Shown piece after piece: positions 27,162 to 36,793 of a DNA stretch of 64,000 bases; positions within the stretch are counted from its first letter, which is position 1; each line of letters opens with the position of its first letter. The position numbers and the translations under genes are program-made. Source of the stretch: Felixounavirus LF82P5; the sequence record OZ035800.1. One strand, given 5' to 3'. The notes below the pieces were generated by a model. The model was given only the letters and a program-made list of their open reading frames with translations, was not told the origin of the DNA and ran no database searches.

Positions 27162-27287
27162 CAGATTTTATAGCTTATTTGGCAGATTTTTTATAAGGCT
27201 ACTGCCATCCTTCCATACTTTACCGAACATCACCCTACTGAACCCGACCCTACCTCACCCGACCCAACCGAACCGTACCGAGCACAG

Positions 27288-27326
27288 CCTTATTAAAAGA
27301 CCCTCTTTAAAGACCTTTTAAAAAGG
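27288..27326. repeat. 39-bp core repeat copy 1 (CCTTATTAAAAGACCCTCTTTAAAGACCTTTTAAAAAGG)
   Basis: Exact copy also at 27426-27464; near-palindromic arms; contains AAAGACC twice. Confidence 0.85.
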
Positions 27327-27425
27327 TAAGTCTCATTTTAATGTAGCTGAGACTAACTACCCATACCTCACCTTACCACGCCGAACAGCACCGGACTATA
27401 CCAGACCATGCCGAACATTGCCGAG

Positions 27426-27464
27426 CCTTATTAAAAGACCCTCTTTAAAGACCTTTTAAAAAGG
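27426..27464. repeat. 39-bp core repeat copy 2
   Basis: Identical to 27288-27326. Confidence 0.85.
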
Positions 27465-27480
27465 AGCCTCCGAAGAGGCT
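27458..27480 (-). terminator. Minus-strand rho-independent terminator after 146-aa gene
   Basis: On minus strand AGCCTC-TTCG-GAGGCT followed by CCTTTTT; same stem sequence as terminator at 44024. Confidence 0.6.
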
Positions 27481-27491
27481 ACCTAGTCAAC

Positions 27492-27932
27492 TTAGAAAGG
27501 TTTTCTACGTTGCTTGTTAATGTTAGCTTTCATAGCAGCTAAATGGTTTTGCTGTTCAATTAGTCGTGAACGTTCTTGATGGCTAAGTACCATAGTGTTC
27601 ACATTCTCAATCGCTTGAGTGGCTTGCTTTAAAGCACGACCAATCTTACCAGACATTTTACGTTTTGCAATAGTTGCTTGATGCTTAGGTTCAACCACAC
27701 GATAACCAACACCCATTGAAGCAACCAGATAAATCTTCTCTTCTTTAAGAAGCTTCTCAATAAACTTCTCAAGTCGATTTAAGCGTGTAAGCGCATAAGC
27801 CTTCATTTCATCTTCGTACTTAACAATGTCACCTTGATAAGTTGGCTTCACAATACCTAAGAAGGTGTCCATCTCAGAATGTGATACAGTGTCACCGTAA
27901 CTAAACTTTGCTGCTAATGCTTTTGTATTCAT
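27492..27932 (-). CDS. Hypothetical protein (repeat-flanked cassette gene 2)
   Basis: 146 aa, basic coiled-coil C-terminus; start 2 nt after upstream stop; followed by minus-strand terminator. Confidence 0.5.
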   Translation of the reverse strand: MNTKALAAKFSYGDTVSHSEMDTFLGIVKPTYQGDIVKYEDEMKAYALTRLNRLEKFIEKLLKEEKIYLVASMGVGYRVVEPKHQATIAKRKMSGKIGRALKQATQAIENVNTMVLSHQERSRLIEQQNHLAAMKANINKQRRKPF

Positions 27933-27934
27933 AA

Positions 27935-28540
<606 letters not shown>

Positions 28541-28616
28541 TTAGTTGATTGTTAAGTTGTTTGTAAAGAACCCTCAACAGAAGACTCTTTAGAAACTTGG
28601 TAGATTTTTAACGTGC

Positions 28617-28861
28617 ATACTACCATCCACCCATACCGTGCCACACCACACCGGACCGTACCATTCCCAACCCTACTACACCAGACCTTATTAAAAGACC
28701 CTCTCCAAAGACCTTTTAAAAAGGTAAGTCTCATTTTAATGTAGCTGAGACTAACTACCCATACATTACCGCACCATATTATACCCTACCCCACCATACT
28801 TCACTGCACCGAGCCACGCATTACATCACTTAAAAACCCTTTTCAAAGACTCTTAAGTGAT
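28617..28861. repeat. Repeat region B: CA-rich tracts + core copy 3 + hairpin + degenerate inverted-repeat copy
   Basis: Core at 28686-28724 (2 mismatches), hairpin 28725-28758 identical to region A copy, 9-bp inverted repeat ATCACTTAA..TTAAGTGAT at 28825-28861, period about 139 bp. Confidence 0.8.
28686..28724. repeat. 39-bp core repeat copy 3 (2 mismatches)
   Basis: CCTTATTAAAAGACCCTCTCCAAAGACCTTTTAAAAAGG. Confidence 0.85.
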
Positions 28862-28926
28862 GCTGGTGAGTACCCGTTGGTTTATGATGCTCAGTATACT
28901 CACCAAATTTCCTATGTCAACAACTT

Positions 28927-29073
28927 TTATAAAAAAGTTCTGATAGCTATATGCGTCACGAAACAAAAGATTGTAAACAAGACACCCATTGCAAAAGATG
29001 TGTCCAAAAGCTTACTTGCAACGTATGACAATACAAAGACAACCAGTATAAATAGAATGACTGTACTGAACAT
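28927..29073 (-). CDS. Possible small two-helix membrane peptide (48 aa), not in ORF track
   Basis: Hand translation MFSTVILFILVVFVLSYVASKLLDTSFAMGVLFTIFCFVTHIAIRTFL; start 3 nt after ligase stop on same strand; competing plus-strand ORF 28877..29086 judged less likely. Confidence 0.3.
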   Translation of the reverse strand: MFSTVILFILVVFVLSYVASKLLDTSFAMGVLFTIFCFVTHIAIRTFL

Positions 29074-29076
29074 AGT

Positions 29077-30180
29077 TTACTCATAATCCCTAATAACTAG
29101 CCCTACAGGAAACTGTAAAGAACCTTTACGAGTCATCTTCTGGAACTGAACAGTTAAAGGTTTCCCGATAAACTCTTCAGGATGTTCAGCAAGATACTGT
29201 TTCTTCTCGTGTGTAGTTTTCCATGAAACATCTACAAAGACGTTAGGAAGAGTCTCTACAACGAACTTACCATGACCACGCTTATCGGTCTTTACACCAG
29301 TCACTTTAAACTCTTCAGTGTGCATCTTCTTGTGCTTAATCAAGAAGTATGAACGGTGACAACACTCATAGAAGGAGTCTTCAGAGATTGAACGGTACAT
29401 TGCACCTTCAAACTTAGCTTCAACCCACTTATCATGAGCTTCATCAAACTCTTCCCAAGAATTTACACGACGAGATTTAACAGGAACAACTTTACAGCCG
29501 TCTCTAAAGTCATTCAATGGTGAAGTCTCAATAATATCTCTACGCTCAGGCCACGTTTTAGTACTGTCACAGATATCATACCAGTAGAACTTAAGTAAGT
29601 GTCTGTCAGGATTGTCTTCATTTTTAATCATAGAGACAATATCTTCTAAGTCCCACCCATGAGCATAAATCTCACCATCAAATTCATCAACATCTTTATG
29701 GAGCCTCAACATTGCCATAATGTCAGGTATTAGCTCAGTAGGAATTTTATAAATAGTGTTCTCACGAGAATATGCTGTAAATACACTGCCAATGCTTAAG
29801 TGTCTTGAAATTCTACAACGTACACCATCAAGCTTCGGTTGGGCATCAGCAGGGAATTTCAAATACTTTGCATGGCTAACCTTTGCAGTATCATGAGCAA
29901 GCTGTACACCTACCTTCTCAGTATTCTGTGCAGACTCTTTTGTGTAAGCATAACCTTTGCGGTCAACTTGCTTTTTATACTTAGCAGCAACTTCAAAGAG
30001 GGCTTGCTGTTCAGCATTACGCTCATTCTTTTTACCGATGTTTTTAGGTTCTGCTGTATACTCTTCAAACATCATCTTGCCATTTTCTTTACCGTAGGTT
30101 GTAATAACTTTGTCACCTACAGCAACACATGACCAGACGTTAAAAGAGCCGTCTTTATTTTGTTTGTACAGAATTGTCAT
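29077..30180 (-). CDS. ATP-dependent DNA ligase
   Basis: 367 aa with adenylation motif PKLDGVR (KxDG). Confidence 0.8.
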   Translation of the reverse strand: MTILYKQNKDGSFNVWSCVAVGDKVITTYGKENGKMMFEEYTAEPKNIGKKNERNAEQQALFEVAAKYKKQVDRKGYAYTKESAQNTEKVGVQLAHDTAKVSHAKYLKFPADAQPKLDGVRCRISRHLSIGSVFTAYSRENTIYKIPTELIPDIMAMLRLHKDVDEFDGEIYAHGWDLEDIVSMIKNEDNPDRHLLKFYWYDICDSTKTWPERRDIIETSPLNDFRDGCKVVPVKSRRVNSWEEFDEAHDKWVEAKFEGAMYRSISEDSFYECCHRSYFLIKHKKMHTEEFKVTGVKTDKRGHGKFVVETLPNVFVDVSWKTTHEKKQYLAEHPEEFIGKPLTVQFQKMTRKGSLQFPVGLVIRDYE

Positions 30181-30383
30181 TTTCTCTTACCACCAATCTC
30201 TACGTCGATAACTTGAACATCGCCAGCAACATCAAACTTATGTATGATGCTTTCCACAGTATAAGTCCAACCATCAATGCGAACCATCTCACCTTCTCGT
30301 GGAACTATTGGATTACGTTGAGCTACAGTTGTAGTGGAGTGAACAACATCATAACGATAGATATAGTTTACTAGGACTTCCAT
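30177..30383 (-). CDS. Hypothetical protein
   Basis: Start set to ATG 30383 with GAGG RBS to avoid overlap with lipoprotein gene; stop overlaps ligase start. Confidence 0.4.
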   Translation of the reverse strand: MEVLVNYIYRYDVVHSTTTVAQRNPIVPREGEMVRIDGWTYTVESIIHKFDVAGDVQVIDVEIGGKRK

Positions 30384-30393
30384 CGTGAAAACC

Positions 30394-30630
30394 TCACTCA
30401 ATAACCGTAGTATGTGATTGTCCATTTTTGCCATAGCTGTAAGATGTTGTTGTTTGAGAGTTTGGACATCTGACAACAACAATATCTCTGCTTATAGCAT
30501 CACCATGTAACTTGTATACTCTGCAATCTTGCATCTCTGGTGGGAGGCTATAAGAAGCATTTTTATCTTCATAAGAAGGGTTGCAGCCAGATAGAAAAAT
30601 AACACCAAGCGCAATTACCACTTTCCACAT
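30394..30630 (-). CDS. Small lipoprotein (candidate superinfection-exclusion protein)
   Basis: MWKVVIALGVIFLSGC signal peptide with lipobox LSGC; AGGAG RBS 7 nt upstream of ATG 30630. Confidence 0.55.
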   Translation of the reverse strand: MWKVVIALGVIFLSGCNPSYEDKNASYSLPPEMQDCRVYKLHGDAISRDIVVVRCPNSQTTTSYSYGKNGQSHTTVIE

Positions 30631-30643
30631 AACACTACTCCTA

Positions 30644-30799
30644 TTACTGTTCACGATGTTCTACTTCTCTGTACGTTCGTCGATAGTATATAATAAGCTG
30701 TGCTAACTCGTTGCTTTTAACATCTGAACGTAGCAGTTGCCAATCAAAACCTTTACCGACTCTTCCATATAAACTAAACAGTTTTACTTTGCGTTTCAT
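30644..30799 (-). CDS. Hypothetical small basic protein
   Basis: Start chosen at internal ATG 30799; weak RBS. Confidence 0.3.
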   Translation of the reverse strand: MKRKVKLFSLYGRVGKGFDWQLLRSDVKSNELAQLIIYYRRTYREVEHREQ

Positions 30800-30815
30800 T
30801 TTGGTATACCAATAC

Positions 30816-31028
30816 TCAGAAGTCAATATTAATACGTTCGCCCTTAAGGACTCCAGTACGGTCTCTTGCAATCTTGCCGTCAACAATAAGGATATGTGCA
30901 GCCCTTAAAGAGTCACTATTAAAAGCTTTTACGAACTTACTAGGCATCACTACAATGGGCATCTCCTGAATCAACTCTGGAGTATAGCAATTGTCGTGAA
31001 GTTGCTGAATAACGTCTGCAAGTGTCAT
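30816..31028 (-). CDS. Hypothetical small protein
   Basis: ATG 31028 with GGAGA RBS (track start 31043 is TTG); ATGA overlap with upstream gene. Confidence 0.4.
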   Translation of the reverse strand: MTLADVIQQLHDNCYTPELIQEMPIVVMPSKFVKAFNSDSLRAAHILIVDGKIARDRTGVLKGERINIDF

Positions 31029-31234
31029 TTTTGATGTCTCCAATACTCAATGTCAATAAGTTCTTGTGCAATGCTTTTAAGGTTACCTTTCAAGAAAACC
31101 TTCTCAGAACCTGAAAGAGATGAATTGTCAATTAACCTGTTCATTCTCTCAAACAACTTCTGCTTACGATTTTTGATAGTCTCCTTTGAAGCACCTTTCA
31201 TCATTGCTGCATGGGTTCTTCCACGATGGCTCAT
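31025..31234 (-). CDS. Hypothetical small basic protein
   Basis: 69 aa, strong GGAGGG RBS. Confidence 0.45.
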   Translation of the reverse strand: MSHRGRTHAAMMKGASKETIKNRKQKLFERMNRLIDNSSLSGSEKVFLKGNLKSIAQELIDIEYWRHQK

Positions 31235-31285
31235 AATCCCTCCTATACAAGATGTAGTATAAGGTACTCTTCCCTGAGCACCTTG

Positions 31286-31798
31286 TCAACTTAGTTTTGC
31301 AAACTCTCCGTGGAGTTTAATAGCAGCTTCACAGTAAGCTTTATGGGCTTCTTCTTCTGTTGTGTATGTTCCTATATGTATGGTCTTGCCATTATGGTTA
31401 ATCTGGGCTATCCACTTACCAGACTTGCTTCTACTTGTGCCTTTTAAGTTTTTTGATGTTCTAGGTTGTCTCCTATTAGACATGTTCTGCTCTTTTGTGG
31501 CCTCTCTTAGATTGTCCCAAGCGTTATTCAAACCATCTCCATCTTTGTGGTCAATGTGTTTATCAGGCCACTTACCTGTCATCCAGAACCAAGCAATTCG
31601 GTGATTGCCTGTCCTGTATCCTAAAATCTGTGTGTGCATATACACACCAGACCTTGTGCGCTTAATTGCTCCGGCTTGGCTTCCAATAACCACCCTACTA
31701 CTATGTGGAGGTCTGCCAATCCATGTTAAGACCCCTGTTTCGGGGTCATAATCTAACCAAGACTTTAACTGTTCATGTGTGAATCCACAATCTCTCAT
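31286..31798 (-). CDS. HNH homing endonuclease with AP2-like DNA-binding domain
   Basis: WLDYDPETGVLTW, HRIAWFW, HIDHKDGDGLNNAWDNLREA (HNH), C-terminal KSGKWIAQINHNGKTIHIGTYTTEEEAHKAY (AP2-like); paralogue of 41391..41891; start overlaps DNA polymerase stop by 1 nt. Confidence 0.7.
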   Translation of the reverse strand: MRDCGFTHEQLKSWLDYDPETGVLTWIGRPPHSSRVVIGSQAGAIKRTRSGVYMHTQILGYRTGNHRIAWFWMTGKWPDKHIDHKDGDGLNNAWDNLREATKEQNMSNRRQPRTSKNLKGTSRSKSGKWIAQINHNGKTIHIGTYTTEEEAHKAYCEAAIKLHGEFAKLS

Positions 31799-34497
31799 CA
31801 ATGCACCTCATACCAGCTCTTACCAACCTTACCTGTGCCAGTTACAAGCGTCTCACTCTTCAAACCTAAATTCTTAGATGCCTGACCATACATCCAGTCA
31901 GTTATGGCTTTAACTTCTTGAGTCATACTTTCTGGGCATTCCCAACTGTTTTCATCGTGGTATGCCAGCAAAAGCCTAGCACCGATTGCTGGTTTTCGTC
32001 CATTTAATTTTGTCAACCCTTCTTCACATGCTCTTCTACAAGCAAGGTTAATTGCCTCATTTTGAATCTGAGCCTCCGAACCCATAAGCAAATAATTCAA
32101 TAACTTATGTGGAGATTTACACCACAACCAAGCTCCAGCAACCTTTACAAAACCCCCTTTAGAGATTGCAGCAGTCTTACCAAACACCTCTTCAAGTGCC
32201 TTTTTAGTTGCTTTGTAGTCAGCTTCCAAGTCATCTAGCAGCTTCTTAATTTTAGGCAAACGAATAAAGTAAGTCTGTTTAGTCAGCGCACCTTCCTGAG
32301 TAGTTGCAGCTTTAATCGTCTTAGCAAACTTCTCATCACCTGCACCGAACAGTAGTGCATAGATACCATTCTTAGCTTTCTTACGACCTTTGCTAATCTC
32401 ATGAAGAAGATTCTCATCCTGAGTAGCTCGACAAGTCAAGATATCCTGCTCATCATTCAAGCTAAAGTAAATACTGTTCAGTGTATGTGCATCAGTCCCT
32501 GAATAGACAACGTACAGGTCATTCTCAGAGTCATAACGAAGGTACTTATCAATCTCTGGGTTGAGGTACTCATCAAAGTGTTTGCAGTAATAGCGTCCAT
32601 CTTCTTGACGAATAAACTCAATCTCTTCTTTACCTTGCGTTACCGCTTTGGTGAACTCTTTATCACCCATAAAGTTACAAAGAAGAACTAGCTGGGCTGA
32701 GTTCATATCTACAGAGACAACGTTAGTACCTTCCTCACAAATCCACACTGCCCTCATTGGTTCCCCATAGACAGCAGCACCAGACGGTACGTTTACAATA
32801 CCATATTGTGTCATACGTCCAGTTGAAGTACCAAATACCATTGCACCAGCACTAAGGCGACCATCTGGACGAATCTGGTTCAGCCAACCTTTCTCGTCAT
32901 CCTTTGAGTTCTCAATAGTTCTGCGTCGGTGCATCAAAGTATAGTACTTAGCAATCTTCTGTCCAAGCTCACCTTCAATCGTATCATAAGATGATTCAGT
33001 AAGTTTTGGTGAAGTACGGATTAAGCAAGGTTCAAGCAAATCTGTGTATTTCTTCACAGACCAGTTATGCTCGATGTACTGTACACCTTCATGTTCAACA
33101 TAACTCAAACCACACCGCTCAACCATTTCCTGCCACTTAGGATGCTTTGTAATCATCTTTTTATTGTCTTTGAAACGACAAACTTTGACAGGGCGACCAT
33201 CTGAGTCTTTCTTGTAGTTCCAGTCATCTGGAATCCAACCAACTGATTTCAAGTAGTCTTTAACAACTGCTACCTGAGTCATACGAGAAACTTCAAACTC
33301 AATTGGTGTATATGGTGCATCAATCAAACCTGTGTAGCGACTTGACTCAAGTTCAAAGTGGTTAACAACATGACTGTTATAGTACTTCACAGTTTTGACT
33401 GTTTTTACTGGCTTCCAGTCTTTGCATTTCTTACCAATCTTTGCGTTCAACTCATTGCAAATTGCACGAGCATCCTTCATTGCTACAAAACCTTCCTTGT
33501 ACTCTTCACCAGTTACAGAGTTGGTTGGTGTATAGCAATTTCTCTTTTCAATGTTAAAAATCTTTGTAGTTGGTTTACCAAATGGCTTGATTTCGTATGT
33601 CTGCATCTCACCGTTACGCACCTGCTGACGGTACTTTGTCTTAGGGTACTTGGTAATTCTCTTCAGTCCATCTGCATGACCAAATGTTTCAACATACTCA
33701 TTCCAAGCTTTTGCAAACTCTTCTCCAGTCACTTTACCTTTGGTCTTAATAGTTGGTGGAAGGTGTGGTTCAACTTCTGAAGCAAGCTCATTAGTCAACT
33801 TGTCAAGCTCCTTTACATGGAACTCCATAAGCTCCTTATCAGCTTTCCAACCATTGATAGCTTGTTGACTCATCCAGAAAGATGTTTCTTTAGCTCGCAT
33901 GTAGGTTTCATAAGTATCTACGCCACACTTCTTCAGCTTGAGATATTCATTATCCAGTGCACGTTTAGTTTTGGCGTTAATACGGATATCTTCTACAACA
34001 CGAGTGAAGATTTCTGCATTCCAAACACCCCAATGCTCAATCTCTGGCTTACGAACACCAACACGAGCACCCCATGCAGCCAAGCCATGAGCACCCTTAT
34101 AACCTTTTGGGGTTGGTCTATCCATCCACTGAACACGAGACTGGATAAGAGAATCCTGAAAGAAATTACTCCACGGTTTACACTTTGGATTATCAAAGTT
34201 CCACAAATCAGGTGCAATGTGATTGAAAACCCACCAGTCATAACCCAGACCATTATGGATGCAAAGTCGTTTTGCCTTTAACGCAAACTCAATACCTTCA
34301 CGTAAACCGCCTTTGATGTACTTGGTGTATTTGTGACCGAGGATAGGCTCATCTGTAAAGACCCATACAGGTGGCTCTTCATCGTCAGATTTATAGTCTG
34401 CGAAAGCCATTACGTGCACTTTAGTGAACTCAAGGAGTAAACCATCAGTTTCTGTATCACCAACTAAATGTAAGTTTTTAAAATCTATGTTTTCCAT
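31798..34497 (-). CDS. DNA polymerase, family A (PolA-like) with 3'-5' exonuclease domain
   Basis: Exo motif DTETDGL near N-terminus; motif B-like GRKKAKNGIYALLFGAG; motif C LAYHDENSWE; ATG 34497 with AGGGAG RBS preferred over 34527. Confidence 0.85.
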   Translation of the reverse strand: MENIDFKNLHLVGDTETDGLLLEFTKVHVMAFADYKSDDEEPPVWVFTDEPILGHKYTKYIKGGLREGIEFALKAKRLCIHNGLGYDWWVFNHIAPDLWNFDNPKCKPWSNFFQDSLIQSRVQWMDRPTPKGYKGAHGLAAWGARVGVRKPEIEHWGVWNAEIFTRVVEDIRINAKTKRALDNEYLKLKKCGVDTYETYMRAKETSFWMSQQAINGWKADKELMEFHVKELDKLTNELASEVEPHLPPTIKTKGKVTGEEFAKAWNEYVETFGHADGLKRITKYPKTKYRQQVRNGEMQTYEIKPFGKPTTKIFNIEKRNCYTPTNSVTGEEYKEGFVAMKDARAICNELNAKIGKKCKDWKPVKTVKTVKYYNSHVVNHFELESSRYTGLIDAPYTPIEFEVSRMTQVAVVKDYLKSVGWIPDDWNYKKDSDGRPVKVCRFKDNKKMITKHPKWQEMVERCGLSYVEHEGVQYIEHNWSVKKYTDLLEPCLIRTSPKLTESSYDTIEGELGQKIAKYYTLMHRRRTIENSKDDEKGWLNQIRPDGRLSAGAMVFGTSTGRMTQYGIVNVPSGAAVYGEPMRAVWICEEGTNVVSVDMNSAQLVLLCNFMGDKEFTKAVTQGKEEIEFIRQEDGRYYCKHFDEYLNPEIDKYLRYDSENDLYVVYSGTDAHTLNSIYFSLNDEQDILTCRATQDENLLHEISKGRKKAKNGIYALLFGAGDEKFAKTIKAATTQEGALTKQTYFIRLPKIKKLLDDLEADYKATKKALEEVFGKTAAISKGGFVKVAGAWLWCKSPHKLLNYLLMGSEAQIQNEAINLACRRACEEGLTKLNGRKPAIGARLLLAYHDENSWECPESMTQEVKAITDWMYGQASKNLGLKSETLVTGTGKVGKSWYEVH

Positions 34498-34542
34498 TTT
34501 TACTCCCTCTAAAATCATTAACCTCATACATTACTGCAAAAA

Positions 34543-34548
34543 ATTATA
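34543..34548 (-). promoter_or_regulatory. Candidate -10 element (TATAAT) for DNA polymerase operon
   Basis: Perfect TATAAT on minus strand about 45 nt upstream of polymerase ATG; no clear -35. Confidence 0.35.
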
Positions 34549-34693
34549 AAAAGCAAGTTGACAATGTACTTGACAAGGTGTTAATCTTTGCGAAGTGGGT
34601 TTTTACTTAAAAGGTTACTTAACAGTTTAACTATACAGATACTTTAAAACTCTTAAAAGATTATTTAATAGCTTTTTAAAAAGCTTTAAAGTA

Positions 34694-34712
34694 TAACGTA
34701 TAGAATACGTTA
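34694..34712 (+). promoter_or_regulatory. Perfect 8-bp inverted repeat TAACGTAT-AGA-ATACGTTA overlapping a TAGAAT -10-like hexamer (operator-like site)
   Basis: Palindrome read directly; TAGAAT at 34701-34706; about 45 nt upstream of first plus-strand gene. Confidence 0.45.
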
Positions 34713-34755
34713 AGATAAAAGATTAAAACTTAATAGTTACTTAAAAGAGGCTTAC

Positions 34756-35178
34756 ATGCAGAAAATGTTTGTTCACCCAGACATAGCTGACTTTGTTAGA
34801 GCTTTGCAGAAGTTGGAAGAACTTGACATTGCTGCTCAACGGGAATATGCTCACCATCACAGGAGAATGGTTGATATACAACATGAAATAGAGTTGTCTG
34901 AAGACTATGAAGATGACTTAAAATGCTCTGTATTTGAGCATATGAAAGATGTTGCTACAGCGAGACGTAAAGCTAAAGACACAGTTGCTTTACTAGATTC
35001 TCTTAAAAAGAGGTTGCAAAGTGGTACAGACCTGTGTAATCTAGCATCACTGATTAACGATGTTGAAACTTCTTGGGATAGGCACTATTATCCACGTTCT
35101 GAAAAGACACTTGACTTTTCTTCATCCGAAAACTTAAAATGTTCTAGAAAGAAACTTAACCAACTGAGAGAGAAATAA
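34756..35178 (+). CDS. Hypothetical early protein
   Basis: 140 aa, first gene of plus-strand block after divergent control region; AAGAGG RBS. Confidence 0.45.
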   Translation: MQKMFVHPDIADFVRALQKLEELDIAAQREYAHHHRRMVDIQHEIELSEDYEDDLKCSVFEHMKDVATARRKAKDTVALLDSLKKRLQSGTDLCNLASLINDVETSWDRHYYPRSEKTLDFSSSENLKCSRKKLNQLREK

Positions 35179-35179
35179 T

Positions 35180-35980
35180 ATGAATATCGATGTAGAAAAG
35201 ATGCTTGAAGAGAAAGGTGTTGATGAAGCATTCTTAATCAATGCCGTAGAAAGCATGGCTATGATTCTTCGTGGTAATAACTACACAGAACAGTTTATGC
35301 CTGCAAGCTATAACTTGCCTGAAGACAAGTCTGATAACGGTGCTTTTGCAGAACAGGTTAATATGATGTTGACAGACACTACACTTGCTCTGGCATCTAT
35401 TGCGGTTGGTGTTGATGCACTTGCTGAGTTCATTTTTTATGAAATGCAAAAGAATGACTATATCAGGATGTCAGACGAAGATAAGGAACTGTTGCTGACT
35501 AAGGACACAGATTTCATTATTGATACGCTTATCTCATCAACGAGTGCTGTTATGGCTGCTCTTGAGAAGCGAATGGAAGAGAAGCTGTCACGATATGAAA
35601 AGCTTGATTGGGGTGTAGAGGAATTAAACCCACGAATCAAAGAGATTATCCAGCAAACCAAAGATTCTTTGGAAGAAGCTGTAAAAAATGATTCTGTAGC
35701 TGACATAGAACCACTTCAGGTGAAAGTTGCATTGATGATTCCAGCCATCTCTACGATGATGAATATCGTTGCACTAATCCAGCTTTCACAGATGATGGGC
35801 ACAAGCATTGAGTTCATTGAGAGTATGACTGGTGGTGTTAGTATGCAAGCAATCAATGATGTTCTGGTGAGCATTGGTGCTTCAATCATTGAAGAGAAGC
35901 TTCGCATTAACTTTGGTGATGATTTTGTGAAGCAAATCTCAGCTATGGCTGAAAAAGAGTCTGCTGAGCAACTGCACTAA
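35180..35980 (+). CDS. Hypothetical protein
   Basis: 266 aa ORF, followed by terminator. Confidence 0.45.
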   Translation: MNIDVEKMLEEKGVDEAFLINAVESMAMILRGNNYTEQFMPASYNLPEDKSDNGAFAEQVNMMLTDTTLALASIAVGVDALAEFIFYEMQKNDYIRMSDEDKELLLTKDTDFIIDTLISSTSAVMAALEKRMEEKLSRYEKLDWGVEELNPRIKEIIQQTKDSLEEAVKNDSVADIEPLQVKVALMIPAISTMMNIVALIQLSQMMGTSIEFIESMTGGVSMQAINDVLVSIGASIIEEKLRINFGDDFVKQISAMAEKESAEQLH

Positions 35981-35998
35981 GTCTTTATAAATCTTACA

Positions 35999-36022
35999 AG
36001 CCTCCTTAGTTGGGGGCTTTTT
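35999..36022 (+). terminator. Rho-independent terminator
   Basis: Stem AGCCTCC/GGGGGCT (one wobble), loop TTAGTT, TTTTT. Confidence 0.55.
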
Positions 36023-36041
36023 AGTAATTAAGGGAGATAAA

Positions 36042-36785
36042 ATGAGTAATATTATCGCATTTACTGGAAAGGCACGCTCTGGAAAAGACACCTCATGTTC
36101 TATTGTGAAGAACATCTTAGAGGATGAGTACGGCTACAATGTTGCTGTAATGGCCTTTGCAGACAACCTTAAACTGTCTGCATCAAAGATATTTGACCTG
36201 ACTTGGAATGACCTGTATGGTGAAACTAAAGAGACTCCACAGGTATTTGACTTATCATATCCTGAACTGATGTTTAAAGTTACGGAAGCTATGGAGTTCA
36301 CCTTCAGAGATGAACGTTACCATATGGACTTCAAGCTTATGTCAGAGTTAACCGGACGATTAATCATGGAGCTTAAGAAGGTTGCTAAACCTACCCTATT
36401 AACACGTCTGGGATTTAGTAAAAAGTATAAATTCTCATCAAGACAAATTCAACAGATTTGGGGTACTGAAGTTGTCCGTAAAGTAATGGGCGACAAGTTC
36501 TGGTCTAAAGACCTTGAAAAAAGAATGGTTAGATTCCATGAAATGTGCTCACTTAGAAATCAATATGGTTTTGTCTTAATCAGTGATTTAAGATTTGACT
36601 CTGAAGCTGAATGGCTGAGTAGATTTGCACACCAAACTATTGAAGTAAAAAGAGACAATGTGGACAAAGTTTCATCACATGTTTCAGAAAATGGGATTTC
36701 TACAAAATATGAGCGTGACATTATTCATAATAATGGTACTCTTGCAGACCTTGAGAACAAGCTAAGAGCCATCATTAAAGTTTAA
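36042..36785 (+). CDS. Deoxynucleoside monophosphate kinase (T4 gp1-like)
   Basis: P-loop FTGKARSGKDT at N-terminus; 247 aa, size and layout as phage dNMP kinase. Confidence 0.65.
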   Translation: MSNIIAFTGKARSGKDTSCSIVKNILEDEYGYNVAVMAFADNLKLSASKIFDLTWNDLYGETKETPQVFDLSYPELMFKVTEAMEFTFRDERYHMDFKLMSELTGRLIMELKKVAKPTLLTRLGFSKKYKFSSRQIQQIWGTEVVRKVMGDKFWSKDLEKRMVRFHEMCSLRNQYGFVLISDLRFDSEAEWLSRFAHQTIEVKRDNVDKVSSHVSENGISTKYERDIIHNNGTLADLENKLRAIIKV

Positions 36786-36793
36786 AAGAGAGA

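Larger units (their letters stand above)
27201..27485. repeat. Repeat region A: two units of CA-rich tract + 39-bp near-palindromic core + hairpin
   Basis: Identical 39-bp cores at 27288-27326 and 27426-27464 (period 138 bp); C/A-rich spacers; hairpins AGTCTCA..TGAGACT and AGCCTC..GAGGCT. Confidence 0.8.

Noticed and set aside
28877-29086. Plus-strand 69-aa ORF in the ligase-proximal intergenic region
   Set aside because: Opposite to every neighbouring gene and lacks an RBS; a minus-strand 48-aa hydrophobic ORF coupled to the ligase stop is the more plausible reading, though itself low confidence.
34558-34575. Two TTGACA hexamers as -35 elements for the plus-strand early genes
   Set aside because: No acceptable -10 hexamer at 16-18 nt spacing from either copy.
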